Shown piece by piece: positions 10,232-20,748 of a stretch of DNA of 64,000 nucleotides. The DNA is taken from assembly GCA_947495575.1 (NCBI GenBank), contig CANLZL010000007.1, positions 151,920 to 215,919 on the forward strand, in the 5' to 3' direction. The translations under genes and the position numbers were made by a program. This DNA comes from an uncultured Nioella sp. (lineage in GTDB: Bacteria > Pseudomonadota > Alphaproteobacteria > Rhodobacterales > Rhodobacteraceae). Every line of letters begins with the position of its first letter. The stretch's first letter is position 1. The notes beneath the pieces were generated by a model. The model searched no databases. It was not told where the DNA came from and was given only the letters and a program-made list of their open reading frames with translations.

Positions 10232-10702
10232 ATGGCAACTACATCCGCAACTTACACATCTCAATTTCTCCGAAATTACGTGGCTGTTGCGGTGGTTGCT
10301 GCCGCGGTTCTGTATATCCTTTTCTCGGTCATGGGCTTGCAAATGGACAACTCGATCTTACGCGGCGCGGTAATTGGCGGATCGGTTGGGGCGATGCTTG
10401 TTCCTTTCCAAAACGTTGCGCGCAGCTATCTGGAAAATGAAGGACAGATGATGCCTTCGGGTGAAGCGTGGAAAAAATCCGCGCTGTGGGCAGTAATGGC
10501 TTTGGGCATTCACATCGCTCTGGTTGTGGTTCTGTTCGTGCTTGGTTGGCAAACGCCCGGTGTTCCGCCCGCCGATCAGGGGATGTTCGTGGGCGTATTG
10601 TTGGCCTTGTGCCTAGTGTTGCAAATCCCGATCTTCCGGCTGTTTCTGTGGTCCGCTTTTCGGGCGGCAGAAGCGCGAAAACGCAAACTCGAGGGGAGTT
10701 GA
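10232..10702 (+). CDS. hypothetical membrane protein
   Basis: 156-aa ORF with 3-4 hydrophobic segments and GAAAGGAAGG upstream of the ATG. No family recognised. Confidence 0.55.
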   Translation: MATTSATYTSQFLRNYVAVAVVAAAVLYILFSVMGLQMDNSILRGAVIGGSVGAMLVPFQNVARSYLENEGQMMPSGEAWKKSALWAVMALGIHIALVVVLFVLGWQTPGVPPADQGMFVGVLLALCLVLQIPIFRLFLWSAFRAAEARKRKLEGS

Positions 10703-10760
10703 GCTTCTGCCCGGAGGGCGCTATGGCAGGCGCTGATCAGAACTCTGGAAGACCGCCCAA

Positions 10761-11477
10761 ATGACCGATAGTGAAAAGCACCCTCAGGCCCCTTGGCGGA
10801 ATTTCTACGGACGTCGTAAAGGCAAGGGCTTGCGCGACAGCCAAGAGGCCTATCTGGAAGAGGACCTGGCAGGCCTTAGCCCCGGTGCCGTTGACTGGGA
10901 TGCAAATCCACATCGGACTCCGTTGGATTTGCCAAAGGTTTTTGGCGATGATCGAGACGTCTGGCTGGAAGTTGGCTTTGGCGGCGGCGAACATATGGTG
11001 CATCAGGCGGTTCAAAACCCTGATGTCGGCATCATTGGCTGCGAACCCTATATCAACGGCGTCGCGATGCTGCTGGGCAAAATCCGAAAGGCCGGGGCTC
11101 AGAATCTGAAAGTTCACCCCGGTGATGCACGCGATATGATGGATGTGTTGCCCGAGGGATCGATTTCCCGGGCTTTCCTGCTTTACCCTGATCCATGGCC
11201 CAAGAAACGGCACCATCGCCGCCGTTTCGTGACCGAGGAACATCTGGTGCCGTTGGCGCGCGTCTTGAAAAAGGGTGCGATTTTTCGGGTGGCGACCGAT
11301 ATCCCCGACTATGTCCGTCAATCATTGGAAGAAGTGCCGCGCTACGGGTTCGAATGGCTGGCCGAAGGGCCGTCTGACTGGCGTCAGCCTTGGGGCGATT
11401 GGATCTCAACACGATATGAACAGAAAGCGCTGCGCGAAGATCGGGTGCCGCATTATCTGACGTTTCGGCGCGTCTGA
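10761..11477 (+). CDS. trmB: tRNA (guanine-N7)-methyltransferase
   Basis: EVGFGGGEHMVHQA...IIGCEPYINGVA...LYPDPWPKKRHHRRRF is the TrmB signature. Confidence 0.9.
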   Translation: MTDSEKHPQAPWRNFYGRRKGKGLRDSQEAYLEEDLAGLSPGAVDWDANPHRTPLDLPKVFGDDRDVWLEVGFGGGEHMVHQAVQNPDVGIIGCEPYINGVAMLLGKIRKAGAQNLKVHPGDARDMMDVLPEGSISRAFLLYPDPWPKKRHHRRRFVTEEHLVPLARVLKKGAIFRVATDIPDYVRQSLEEVPRYGFEWLAEGPSDWRQPWGDWISTRYEQKALREDRVPHYLTFRRV

Positions 11478-11479
11478 TC

Positions 11480-12220
11480 TCAGCCGGTGACCACTTCCCA
11501 AACCAGTTTTACGGTCACGGCCGCCAATGCGATTTCAACCAGCAGAAAGAACACCTTTTCCGGCAAGACCCGCGCGATCTTGGCTCCGCTCCAGGCACCG
11601 GCCAGTGCAAGAGGAGCAAGCCAAGCCGCCTGGGCAACGCTGTCCCACGTGATTTGACCGGCAAGGATAAAGGGCGGCACTTTCATGAGGTTAACGATCG
11701 TGAAGAATATCGTTGTGGTGCCGAGATAGACCATCTTGTCCAGTTTCTGAGGCAACACATATGCTTGAAACGGTGGTCCGCCAGCGTGGGAAATGTAGCT
11801 GGTCAGCCCGGCCAAAGTGCCCCAAACAACACCTCGCGGGACATCTGCAGATTTTGGCGCAGGTTCTGTTTTGGCAAACCGCGCGCGTAGCGCGTTGACA
11901 AGATAGGACGCCCCAATGCCCGCCACCAAAAGCTTTACAAGATCGCTGGAAACGTAGGAAACAGCGAAAAACCCGATCAAAATGCCTGCGATCGCGCCCG
12001 GCAATAGAATTGCCAAATTGCGCCGCGAAAAGGATTTGCGAAAAAGATAGACCGCATAGCAATCGGCGACGATGTAGATGGGCAATAATAGGCCCGCGGC
12101 CAATGCGGGGTCCATGAAGAGGGACATCAGCGGCACCGCCAAAATTGCGATCATCGGCACGCCCCCTTTGGAGAGGCCCATGAGATAGGCGGCAAGGCCA
12201 GCGACAATCCAAAAATCCAT
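11480..12220 (-). CDS. TauE/SafE-family anion exporter
   Basis: 246-aa polytopic protein with the duplicated 4-TM pattern and GLSKGGVPM / HAGGPPFQ motifs of the TauE/SafE (DUF81) family. Confidence 0.85.
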   Translation of the reverse strand: MDFWIVAGLAAYLMGLSKGGVPMIAILAVPLMSLFMDPALAAGLLLPIYIVADCYAVYLFRKSFSRRNLAILLPGAIAGILIGFFAVSYVSSDLVKLLVAGIGASYLVNALRARFAKTEPAPKSADVPRGVVWGTLAGLTSYISHAGGPPFQAYVLPQKLDKMVYLGTTTIFFTIVNLMKVPPFILAGQITWDSVAQAAWLAPLALAGAWSGAKIARVLPEKVFFLLVEIALAAVTVKLVWEVVTG

Positions 12221-12479
12221 GGTGTGGCCCTTGTTGGCGAAATGCGACTGACCATGTCGCTATAGGGGGTGGTGGTCAGACACGCAACATTGAGGGGGCA
12301 GGCCAGGGTGAGCGGGTCGCCTAACCACTGCAATGCGACCCATGCGGGGAACGTCCAACTGAAACTTCCTTGGGGACTTTGAGCAAAGAACAAGGAATGC
12401 CCTGAAGAAGAGGAGTGGACCCTGCCAACCGGTGGCGCTATCAGGTTGGCCGAAACGCGAAGCAAAGGATGCGCCCCTT

Positions 12480-13832
12480 ATGTCCAGCCACGGTGACCCT
12501 ATTCCCATGACCTCTCGCCCCTGTGGGCCATTGAAGGGCGAAGCACATGTGCCGGGCGACAAGTCGATTTCGCATCGGTCTTTGATACTTGGCGCCATGG
12601 CCGTGGGCGAAACCCATATCACTGGCCTCCTCGAAGGGCAGGACGTGCTGGATACGGCCAAAGCGATGGCAGCTTTTGGTGCGGATGTGGAACGACTGGG
12701 CGAGGGTGAATGGCGCGTCAGCGGCGTGGGCGTCGGCGGGTTTGCGGAGCCTGACAACGTGATTGATTGCGGAAATTCCGGCACTGGCGTGCGGTTGATC
12801 ATGGGGTCGATGGCGACCAGCCCTATCACGGTGACGTTCACCGGCGACGCCAGTCTGAACGGGCGGCCAATGGCACGAGTTACCGATCCTCTGGCGCTTT
12901 TTGGCACGCAGGCAGTGGGCCGCGAGGGTGGGCGATTGCCGATGACCTTGGTAGGCGCAGCCGAGCCTGTGCCCGTGCGATACGAGGTTCCTGTTCCCTC
13001 TGCTCAGGTCAAATCGGCAGTGCTGCTTGCCGGGCTGAATGCGCCCGGGCAAACTGTCGTTATCGAAAAGGAAGCAACCCGCGATCACACCGAACGGATG
13101 CTGGCGGGCTTTGGCGCGGAAATCAGCACCGAAATAACGGACGACGGACGGGTCATTACCCTGACAGGCCAGCCTGAGTTGAAGCCGCTCGACATCATCG
13201 TGCCGCGTGATCCGTCATCGGCAGCCTTTCCAGTTTGTGCCGCTCTGTTGGTGCCGGGGTCGGACGTGTTGGTGCCCAATATCGGGCTGAACCCGACGCG
13301 GGCCGGGCTGTTCTACACCCTGCAAGAGATGGGCGCAGACCTGACATTTGAGAACATGCGCGAAGAGGGCGGCGAACCTGTGGCCGACCTGCGCGCGCGC
13401 TATTCGCCCGACATGAAAGGCATTGAGGTGCCCCCAGAACGCGCGGCCAGCATGATTGACGAATATCCAATCCTGTCCTGTGTCGCGGCCAATGCAACAG
13501 GACAGACTGTGATGCGCGGCGTGAAAGAATTGCGGGTCAAGGAAAGCGACCGGATCGAGGCGATGGCCAGTGGTCTGCGCGCCAATGGCGTGACGGTCGA
13601 GGACGGCCCGGATTGGTGGATCGTGACAGGCAAAGGAGCGGGCAATGTGCCGGGTGGTGGCCTTTGCAAAAGCCATTTGGATCACCGGATCGCCATGTCC
13701 TTCCTCTGTCTTGGCATGGCGGCTGAGAAGCCGGTGAAGGTTGATGACGCGGGGCCGATTGCGACCTCGTTCCCGATCTTCGAGCCTTTGATGGCCGGCC
13801 TTGGCGCGCAAGTCGTGCGCGACAACGGCTAG
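12480..13832 (+). CDS. aroA: 3-phosphoshikimate 1-carboxyvinyltransferase (class II-type EPSP synthase)
   Basis: I chose the internal ATG at 12480. It contains the motifs GDKS, SAQVK, RDHTE and NPTR, plus [22 protein letters not shown]. Confidence 0.93.
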   Translation: MSSHGDPIPMTSRPCGPLKGEAHVPGDKSISHRSLILGAMAVGETHITGLLEGQDVLDTAKAMAAFGADVERLGEGEWRVSGVGVGGFAEPDNVIDCGNSGTGVRLIMGSMATSPITVTFTGDASLNGRPMARVTDPLALFGTQAVGREGGRLPMTLVGAAEPVPVRYEVPVPSAQVKSAVLLAGLNAPGQTVVIEKEATRDHTERMLAGFGAEISTEITDDGRVITLTGQPELKPLDIIVPRDPSSAAFPVCAALLVPGSDVLVPNIGLNPTRAGLFYTLQEMGADLTFENMREEGGEPVADLRARYSPDMKGIEVPPERAASMIDEYPILSCVAANATGQTVMRGVKELRVKESDRIEAMASGLRANGVTVEDGPDWWIVTGKGAGNVPGGGLCKSHLDHRIAMSFLCLGMAAEKPVKVDDAGPIATSFPIFEPLMAGLGAQVVRDNG

Positions 13833-13907
13833 AGCTAGGCACGGGTTTCAAGTGTTCCCATTCACTGTTAGGGTCCGGTCGATATCCATCGCGCCGGGCC
13901 TTTTTCA

Positions 13908-14420
13908 ATGAAACGCATCTTTTGGCTGTCATTCCTGCTGGGGCTGGCGGTGTATGCCGCCATGCTGACCGTGACTTTGCCAACCCTGATGGAGATGGCC
14001 GGAGGCCTGGCGCCGTTTGACATGCGGCCTATGGGGTATTCTGAGGCGGAGGCCGTGGAATTGCTGGCGGCCCTGGGGCCCGAGGGGCGCGCCTATTATG
14101 GCGATGTGCAGCACCTTCTGGACCTGGTCTTTCCCGGTGCAATGGCGGTGGCGCTGATCTCGGGCGGGATGCTGTTGATCCCCCGACCCTGGTTCTGGAT
14201 ATTCGTGGTTCTTGTGATCGTCGCCAAGGGCGCAGATTACATGGAAAACGCGGCTGTTGCTTCAATGCTGTCCCATGGGATTTTCCCTGAGGTCGCCGCC
14301 AGGGCCAGCATGTTCACCCTAGTCAAATCCCTGGGCGATATGATTGTCTATAGCTGGTTCTTGCTGGCCGCCCTCTTAGCTGGTTGGCGCAACTTAAGGC
14401 GCGGGAGGACGGCGCGGTGA
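13908..14420 (+). CDS. hypothetical membrane protein
   Basis: 170-aa ORF with several hydrophobic segments. It sits between aroA and cmk. No family recognised. Confidence 0.6.
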   Translation: MKRIFWLSFLLGLAVYAAMLTVTLPTLMEMAGGLAPFDMRPMGYSEAEAVELLAALGPEGRAYYGDVQHLLDLVFPGAMAVALISGGMLLIPRPWFWIFVVLVIVAKGADYMENAAVASMLSHGIFPEVAARASMFTLVKSLGDMIVYSWFLLAALLAGWRNLRRGRTAR

Positions 14421-14650
14421 TCACAAGAAGCAGCCATTGCGGCACTTGTGGTGCCTCGATGCTGAGGTTTTAGGCCTGGTGAGGTTATCTTGAACTTTGC
14501 AGGCTGCTTGGAAGGCATGATAGGATTGGCTATCGCGGATCACATTATTGCGGTGACAAAGGCGACTATTACGAGATCGCAGATGGTGTGCCACAGGTAG
14601 GCGGATATGATCTGTACATGACAATGAAGCTGCGTGATTGAGCCGAATGG

Positions 14651-15163
14651 TTAATCACGCTGTAGAAACAGTGTGCCGCCCTTGGCAGTCTCGATGCGCC
14701 AATTCTGACAATAATCCGATATCACCTGCTGCATTGCCGCGATATTTCGAACCTCGTCTGCAATCAGAAGCCAGCCCTGTGCAGCGACATGGTCAAGCAA
14801 ACGGGTGAGGGTTCGCAAGCGGGGTGCTGCGGCCAACATATGAAGCGTCCGGTCGATCAGGATGATGTCAAACATCCCCTCGGGCACAAATGTCGTGATA
14901 TCGGCCACGATGCCCTCAACAGGCAGCCCTTCGGCTTGCGCCGTTTTGCACATGTCTGAAATCCCGTTTGGAGAGATGTCCACGCCCAGAACGCGGTGTC
15001 CGCGGCGCGCAATGAAAAGGGCGTCACGCCCCTGACCGCACCCAATATCCAGAACCCGGGCATTGCTTTTGGTGTAGCGGTCAAAGAAACCAACAAAAAT
15101 TGGGGTGGGTGCCCCCAAAGCGTTACGCGTTTCGCCATATAGTTTGTCGTAATTAAAGGCCAT
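14651..15163 (-). CDS. class I SAM-dependent methyltransferase
   Basis: I chose the internal ATG at 15163. SAM motif I VLDIGCGQGRDALFIARRGHRVLGVDIS. Confidence 0.8.
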   Translation of the reverse strand: MAFNYDKLYGETRNALGAPTPIFVGFFDRYTKSNARVLDIGCGQGRDALFIARRGHRVLGVDISPNGISDMCKTAQAEGLPVEGIVADITTFVPEGMFDIILIDRTLHMLAAAPRLRTLTRLLDHVAAQGWLLIADEVRNIAAMQQVISDYCQNWRIETAKGGTLFLQRD

Positions 15164-15278
15164 GCAAACCGCCCTAAAAGAATGAGTTCGAAAAGGCCAA
15201 GTGAAATATTTCGTGAGCGGGTTGGTGGCGTTTCGCGGCCGTCTTGTCGGACCGCCCATCAGGCGCTAAGCAGATCGC

Positions 15279-15893
15279 ATGAGTTTTACAGTTGCAATTG
15301 ATGGTCCCGCAGCGGCGGGCAAGGGCACGATCTCTAAGGCGGTCGCGGCTCATTTCGGGTTCGCGCATCTCGATACCGGGCTGTTGTACCGGGCGGTGGG
15401 CCAAAGGATGCTGATGGGCGAAGAGCCCATAGCGGCGGCGTGTGCACTAGTGGCCGGGGATTTAGAACATCCCGATCTGCGCACGGCGGAGGCGGCGCAG
15501 GCGGCTTCGAAAGTGGCCGTAATCCCCGAGGTTCGCTCGGCCCTGCTGGATTTTCAGCGCGCTTTTGCCCGGCGCTTGGGTGGGGCCGTTCTGGACGGGC
15601 GGGACATTGGAACGGTGATCTGTCCCGAGGCGGAAGTGAAACTATACGTTACTGCGTCCGATCGGGCCCGGGCTGGGCGGCGCCACAAGGAGCTGGTCGA
15701 GCGTGGCCGCCATATCTCGTTTGAGACTGTCTTGGCCGAGCTGCAGGAGCGCGACGCCCGCGATCAGGCGCGGGCCACTGCGCCGCTGAAGCCAGCGGAT
15801 GACGCTGTTTTGCTGGATACCTCTGATTTGTCGATTGACCAGGCCGTAGAACGGGCGGTGGCAGTGATAGGTGTTCGAGCGACTCGTGCTTAA
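15279..15893 (+). CDS. cmk: cytidylate kinase
   Basis: [41 protein letters not shown] has the P-loop and Cmk N-terminal signature. Confidence 0.93.
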   Translation: MSFTVAIDGPAAAGKGTISKAVAAHFGFAHLDTGLLYRAVGQRMLMGEEPIAAACALVAGDLEHPDLRTAEAAQAASKVAVIPEVRSALLDFQRAFARRLGGAVLDGRDIGTVICPEAEVKLYVTASDRARAGRRHKELVERGRHISFETVLAELQERDARDQARATAPLKPADDAVLLDTSDLSIDQAVERAVAVIGVRATRA

Positions 15894-15974
15894 GGGAGTG
15901 GTGCGCTATGCCATCTGGCACTTAAGGCGCATCTGGGATTTCCCCCGGGCCAATATCCCGGGCCGCTGCGCTCT

Positions 15975-16223
15975 ATGAACTTAGACTGGGTTTGGAACCT
16001 AAAACGGGCGCGTTTTGAAGCGCATATCTTAGTGAAAATGGGGTTTTGGGGTCTCAGGAAGGAGCATCTGATATTCTTCGTTCACGATGGATCAGATCGG
16101 GCAAATGATTTTGAAATAGGGTTTGAGGGTAACAAATGCATTATTCCCTACCACCACTTTGAAGAATTTGCCGAGGATTTGCTGGCTTGGCGACGCTCTC
16201 CGGAAAATTGGCCGGATAAATAA
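15975..16223 (+). CDS. hypothetical small protein (AT-richer ORF)
   Basis: 82-aa ORF with a globular-looking sequence (LIFFVHDGSDRANDFEIGFEGNKCIIPYHHFEEFAEDLLAWRR). By eye it is AT-richer than its neighbours. No homology recognised. Confidence 0.35.
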   Translation: MNLDWVWNLKRARFEAHILVKMGFWGLRKEHLIFFVHDGSDRANDFEIGFEGNKCIIPYHHFEEFAEDLLAWRRSPENWPDK

Positions 16224-16303
16224 TAGAGACTTCACCTAGACGTGCTTTGGCCGGAGCAGGGTTTCGCATTAGGTCTGGAGTAGCCCTCAAAAAGGATGCC
16301 CGT

Positions 16304-16819
16304 ATGCTCCGCGCAATCGTATTGTCTTTGTTCATAGCTTTGCCGGCTACCGCACAGGAAGCCGAGCCACAGATGACCTTCGCAAGGTTCTCGCGCATCA
16401 TTCTGGCGTTGGATCCTGAGGCGGAGATTGGCCCGACTGGCGCCTCCATGACCGTTGTAGATGTACCCGTGGCTATTGTTCTGGCCCCGACGGCGAACCG
16501 GATGCGGGTTTTGGTACCCATCGCCTCAGTCGCATCTTTGAGCGAAGAGGATTTGATCCGTGTGATGCAGGCCAATTTCGACACGGCCCTGGATGCGCGA
16601 TACGCGATTGCACAGGGGCGGCTTTGGTCGGTCTATGTGCATCCTCTGGCCCAGCTCAGCCGCGATCAATTGATCTCGGGCATAGGGCAGACGGTTAATC
16701 TGGCCACCAGCTATGGCACGTTTTATACAAGCGGCGAGCAGGTTTTTGGCCGAGGCGACAGCATCGAGCTTTTCCGGGGCGTGATCGACGATCTTCTGGA
16801 GCGTGGAGAAGAGCTGTAG
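16304..16819 (+). CDS. hypothetical secreted protein (possible YbjN / T3SS-chaperone-like fold)
   Basis: I chose the internal ATG at 16304, giving the signal peptide MLRAIVLSLFIALPATAQEA. The body (LIRVMQANFDTALDARYAIAQGRLWSVYVHPL) is reminiscent of the CesT/YbjN-like families, which is a weak call. Confidence 0.6.
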   Translation: MLRAIVLSLFIALPATAQEAEPQMTFARFSRIILALDPEAEIGPTGASMTVVDVPVAIVLAPTANRMRVLVPIASVASLSEEDLIRVMQANFDTALDARYAIAQGRLWSVYVHPLAQLSRDQLISGIGQTVNLATSYGTFYTSGEQVFGRGDSIELFRGVIDDLLERGEEL

Positions 16820-17046
16820 CGCCACGCCCAAGCCCTTGCGTTTAAGGGAAACCCGCGATATAGCACCCCTCGTCAAGCAGGCGGTCAACGTCGCGGCAGA
16901 GCAGGGTCGGGTTTTCCCCCGGCCCTCATTCGTTTGCGAAAGAAAACCGTAAAGACCAACCCGTTCGCCAAAGGTGGACATCAACCAAGACCGGCGGAGA
17001 CAACCGCTCGGCCCGAAAAAACGTTTGTAAAGGACCCTGAGACCAC

Positions 17047-18726
17047 ATGGCTCAAAACACATCGATGGAGGAATTCGAAGCCCTCCTGCAAGAAAGCTTC
17101 GAGATTGACACACCTGAAGAAGGTTCTGTTGTCAAAGGCAAAGTTCTGGCGATTGAAGCCGGTCAAGCCATCATCGACGTCGGCTATAAAATGGAAGGCC
17201 GCGTTGATCTGAAAGAATTCGCAAACCCTGGTGAAGCCCCCGAGATCGCCGTTGGCGATGACGTCGAGGTTTATCTGCGCAACGTCGAAAACGCACGTGG
17301 CGAAGCGGTTATCAGCCGCGAGATGGCCCGCCGTGAGGCCGCCTGGGATCGTCTGGAAAAAGCATATGCTGACGAGAATCGCGTTGAAGGCGCGATCTTC
17401 GGTCGTGTCAAAGGTGGCTTCACCGTTGACCTCGGCGGCGCTGTGGCCTTCTTGCCCGGCTCTCAGGTTGACGTACGCCCCGTGCGCGACGCTGGCCCGC
17501 TGATGAACCTCAAGCAGCCGTTCCAGATCCTGAAAATGGACCGTCGCCGCGGCAACATCGTTGTATCGCGTCGTGCCATCCTTGAAGAATCCCGTGCCGA
17601 ACAGCGCGCCGAGGTTATCGGCAAGCTGAACGAAGGCGATGTGGTTGACGGTGTCGTCAAGAACATCACCGAATACGGTGCCTTCGTTGATCTGGGCGGT
17701 GTTGACGGTCTGTTGCACGTCACTGACATGGCATGGCGCCGCGTCAACGACCCCAAAGACATCCTGACCATTGGCGAGACCGTCAAAGTTCAGGTGATCA
17801 AGGTCAACAAAGAGACCCACCGCATCAGCCTTGGCATGAAGCAGTTGCAAGACGATCCATGGAGCCTTGTCGAAGGCAAGTATCCTCTGGAGTCCACGCA
17901 TACTGGCCGCGTCACAAACATCACCGATTACGGTGCGTTTGTTGAGCTGGAGCCCGGTGTCGAGGGTCTCGTCCACGTCTCCGAGATGTCCTGGACCAAG
18001 AAAAACGTACACCCCGGCAAGATCGTCTCCACCTCTCAGGAAGTGGAAGTCATGGTGCTGGAAATCGACACTGCCAAGCGTCGCGTTTCCCTTGGCCTCA
18101 AGCAAACCATGCGCAACCCATGGGAAGTGTTCGAAGAGCAGTACCCTGTTGGTACGCAAGTCGAAGGCGAAGTCAAAAACATCACCGAATTCGGTCTGTT
18201 TGTTGGCCTCGACAACGACATCGACGGCATGGTTCACCTCTCCGACCTGACCTGGGAAGGTCGTGGCGAAGACGTGATCGGCAACTACCGCAAAGGCGAC
18301 ATGGTTCAGGCCGTCGTCTCTGAAGTTGATACCGACAAAGAGCGCATTTCGCTGTCCATCAAAGCCGTCGAAGGCGACCCCTTCGCAGAAGCCATTGATG
18401 GCGTGAAGCGCGGCTCGATCATCACTGTTGAAGTCACCTCGATCGAAGAAGGTGGCATCGAAGTGGAATATGAAGGCATGAAATCCTTCATCCGCCGCTC
18501 GGACCTCAGCCGTGATCGTGCCGAACAGCGCCCTGAGCGCTTCCAGGTTGGTGACAAGCTGGACGTTCGCGTGACCAATGTTGACGGTCGTTCGCGTCGT
18601 CTGGGTCTGTCGATCAAAGCCCGTGAAATCGCGGAAGAGAAAGAAGCGGTTGAACAGTATGGTTCCTCCGATTCCGGTGCATCGCTCGGCGATATCCTGG
18701 GCGCCGCACTGAAGGGCGACGAGTAA
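17047..18726 (+). CDS. rpsA: 30S ribosomal protein S1
   Basis: 559 aa with six S1 repeats (for example GVVKNITEYGAFVDLGGVDGLLHVTDMAW). Confidence 0.97.
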   Translation: MAQNTSMEEFEALLQESFEIDTPEEGSVVKGKVLAIEAGQAIIDVGYKMEGRVDLKEFANPGEAPEIAVGDDVEVYLRNVENARGEAVISREMARREAAWDRLEKAYADENRVEGAIFGRVKGGFTVDLGGAVAFLPGSQVDVRPVRDAGPLMNLKQPFQILKMDRRRGNIVVSRRAILEESRAEQRAEVIGKLNEGDVVDGVVKNITEYGAFVDLGGVDGLLHVTDMAWRRVNDPKDILTIGETVKVQVIKVNKETHRISLGMKQLQDDPWSLVEGKYPLESTHTGRVTNITDYGAFVELEPGVEGLVHVSEMSWTKKNVHPGKIVSTSQEVEVMVLEIDTAKRRVSLGLKQTMRNPWEVFEEQYPVGTQVEGEVKNITEFGLFVGLDNDIDGMVHLSDLTWEGRGEDVIGNYRKGDMVQAVVSEVDTDKERISLSIKAVEGDPFAEAIDGVKRGSIITVEVTSIEEGGIEVEYEGMKSFIRRSDLSRDRAEQRPERFQVGDKLDVRVTNVDGRSRRLGLSIKAREIAEEKEAVEQYGSSDSGASLGDILGAALKGDE

Positions 18727-18751
18727 GTCTCCTGATCGCAATCAAAGAAAA

Positions 18752-18781
18752 GGGCTCCGCAGAAATGCGGGGCCCTTTTTG
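18752..18781 (+). terminator. rho-independent terminator of rpsA
   Basis: GGGCTCCGC, loop AGAAAT, GCGGGGCCC (one G-U pair), followed by TTTTT. Confidence 0.6.
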
Positions 18782-18823
18782 TTAAAAACACCCGAATCAG
18801 GTGAAATCGGTTTTCCCTGACCA

Positions 18824-18840
18824 ATCCACAACCTGTGGAT
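18824..18840. repeat. perfect 7-bp inverted repeat ATCCACA-ACC-TGTGGAT upstream of ihfB
   Basis: Read directly from the sequence. Function unknown. Confidence 0.8.
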
Positions 18841-18988
18841 GAGGCCGCGAAAATCGGCGGATGGCTGCGCCGAACAGGCGGTAAGTCGCAGATTTCGCCC
18901 AAATTCCAACGGCTTTGCAATTCCCCAAAATGAAATTTCGACCTATAGTCGTGACTTACCAGGGGAACACGGGGAGCCAGGGGATTTA

Positions 18989-19279
18989 ATGATACGCTCT
19001 GAATTAGTCCAAAAGCTGGCTGACGAAAATCCACATCTCTATCAACGAGACGTGGAACGCATCGTCAGTGCGATCTTCGAAGAAATCATTGGTGCACTGG
19101 CCGATGGAAATCGGGTTGAGCTGCGCGGTTTCGGCGCGTTTTCAGTCAAGAAGCGGGATGCCAGAGTAGGCCGTAACCCGCGCACTGGCGAAAGCGTCAA
19201 TGTCGAAGAGAAACATGTTCCCTTCTTCAAGGCTGGCAAACTGTTGCGCGACAGGCTGAACGGTTTAGAGGACTCCTGA
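18989..19279 (+). CDS. ihfB: integration host factor subunit beta
   Basis: I chose the internal ATG at 18989. [68 protein letters not shown]. Confidence 0.93.
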   Translation: MIRSELVQKLADENPHLYQRDVERIVSAIFEEIIGALADGNRVELRGFGAFSVKKRDARVGRNPRTGESVNVEEKHVPFFKAGKLLRDRLNGLEDS

Positions 19280-19282
19280 CCA

Positions 19283-19630
19283 GTGAAATATATCAAATAC
19301 CTGTTTATGGCTGTCATCGCTCTGGCTTTGGTGCTGATCGCGCTTGCCAATCGGGAACCGGTCACATTGACGGTTTTGCCGCAAGGTCTGGCTGAATGGG
19401 TAAATTGGAACTTCATCATCACACTGCCGCTGTTTCTGGTTATTCTGGGCAGCATAGTGTCAGGACTGCTGATTGGGTTCGTCTGGGAATGGTTCCGCGA
19501 ACACCACTTGCGGGCCGAAGCCAAGGCACAACGAAAAGAACGTGACCAGCTGGCGCGCGAAGTAGATTCCCTGAAAGGCCGCCGCAATGAGGGCAAGGAT
19601 GAGATTTTGGCCTTGGTTGAGGATGCGTAA
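19283..19630 (+). CDS. LapA-domain (DUF1049) inner-membrane protein
   Basis: GTG start. Two TM segments followed by a charged coiled C-terminus. It occupies the conserved position after ihfB in alphaproteobacteria. Confidence 0.75.
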   Translation: MKYIKYLFMAVIALALVLIALANREPVTLTVLPQGLAEWVNWNFIITLPLFLVILGSIVSGLLIGFVWEWFREHHLRAEAKAQRKERDQLAREVDSLKGRRNEGKDEILALVEDA

Positions 19631-19653
19631 GCTTTCGCGCTACATCTGACCTC

Positions 19654-20292
19654 ATGAGTACTTCAATCAAATTTTGCGGCTTGAGCCGTCCTGCCGACGT
19701 GAGTGCCGCGGCTGAGGCTGGCGCGCGCTATGTTGGGTTCGTTCACTTCGCCAAATCGCCGCGCCATGTTTCCGTGGCAGACATGGCTGATTTGGCGGTC
19801 GATGTGCCGATGGGTTTGGCGAAGGTTGCGCTGACGGTGAACGCAGATGACACGTTGCTGGACGAGCTGACTGCACGCGTGCCATTGGACATGTTGCAGC
19901 TTCATGGAAGCGAAAGCCCGGCCCGTGTGGCTGACGTGAAAACGCGCTATGGCCTGCCTGTGATGAAGGCCATTGGTGTGGCGGAAGCCAGCGATCTGGA
20001 TCAGATCGACATCTATTCGGAAGTGGCCGACCAACTGCTGATCGATGCCAAGCCGCCAAAGGGCGCGGATTTGCCGGGCGGTAATGGATTGACCTTCGAT
20101 TGGCAGCTGCTGGCCAACCGCAAATATTGGACCAAACCGTGGATGCTGGCAGGCGGGTTGACGCCCGAAAACGTGGCGGAAGCCGCGCGGTTAACGGGCG
20201 CCAAACAGGTCGATGTCAGCTCGGGCGTTGAATCGGCACCGGGGGTCAAAGATGCGGGCCTCATCGCAAATTTTGCCGCAGCGTTACGTTAA
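19654..20292 (+). CDS. trpF: N-(5'-phosphoribosyl)anthranilate isomerase
   Basis: [12 protein letters not shown]...[14 protein letters not shown]...LQLHGSESP...[10 protein letters not shown] matches the PRAI pattern. Confidence 0.9.
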   Translation: MSTSIKFCGLSRPADVSAAAEAGARYVGFVHFAKSPRHVSVADMADLAVDVPMGLAKVALTVNADDTLLDELTARVPLDMLQLHGSESPARVADVKTRYGLPVMKAIGVAEASDLDQIDIYSEVADQLLIDAKPPKGADLPGGNGLTFDWQLLANRKYWTKPWMLAGGLTPENVAEAARLTGAKQVDVSSGVESAPGVKDAGLIANFAAALR

Positions 20293-20307
20293 GCAAGGAC
20301 ACGTACC

Positions 20308-20643
20308 ATGGGATTGCTAACCAAAGCCCTTGGATTAGGGGTTGCCGCTATTGCTGGCGCCGGATTTGCCACGCGGCCATCTGAGCCGGATGTTCGAGAG
20401 CTGCTGCGCGCGCGGATCGACGCGCAGATTGAACAGGGCGCTGGTGTGGCCGAAGACGATGCGCTTGGTCAAATGCTTCTTGGTATCTGTCAGGTAGCCC
20501 CTGGCAGCTGCTCGTCCTTGGTCGAGCAGCTCGTCGATATCGATTATGAGAACCGCTATCTCTGGGCAAATGTCACGATTGGCGGACGCATTGGCGATGG
20601 AACCGACTGTTTCGCAGCCTTTTCACGTTTGATTTGCCGATAA
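20308..20643 (+). CDS. hypothetical protein with an N-terminal hydrophobic anchor
   Basis: 111-aa ORF between trpF and trpB. No family recognised. Confidence 0.5.
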   Translation: MGLLTKALGLGVAAIAGAGFATRPSEPDVRELLRARIDAQIEQGAGVAEDDALGQMLLGICQVAPGSCSSLVEQLVDIDYENRYLWANVTIGGRIGDGTDCFAAFSRLICR

Positions 20644-20748
20644 GGCTGGTCCTGCCTTTGGCAGGTGATATATCGAATAGTCGGATAGGTGCAGATCAAC
20701 TTGCACCAAACGCGCAGGGCCCATCGCCTTGCATTCAAGGAGATCCTG

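Noticed and set aside
14421-14624. 67-aa basic Cys/His/Arg-rich minus-strand ORF in the 230-bp convergent spacer
   Set aside because: There is no Shine-Dalgarno, the third-position composition is atypical, and the sequence looks like random translation. The spacer is AT-richer but I could not identify any element in it.
16981-18741. 586-aa ORF antisense to rpsA
   Set aside because: It exactly shadows the unmistakable S1 gene on the opposite strand. Its sequence is low complexity and it has no start context. Long antisense ORFs are a common artefact in GC-rich coding DNA.
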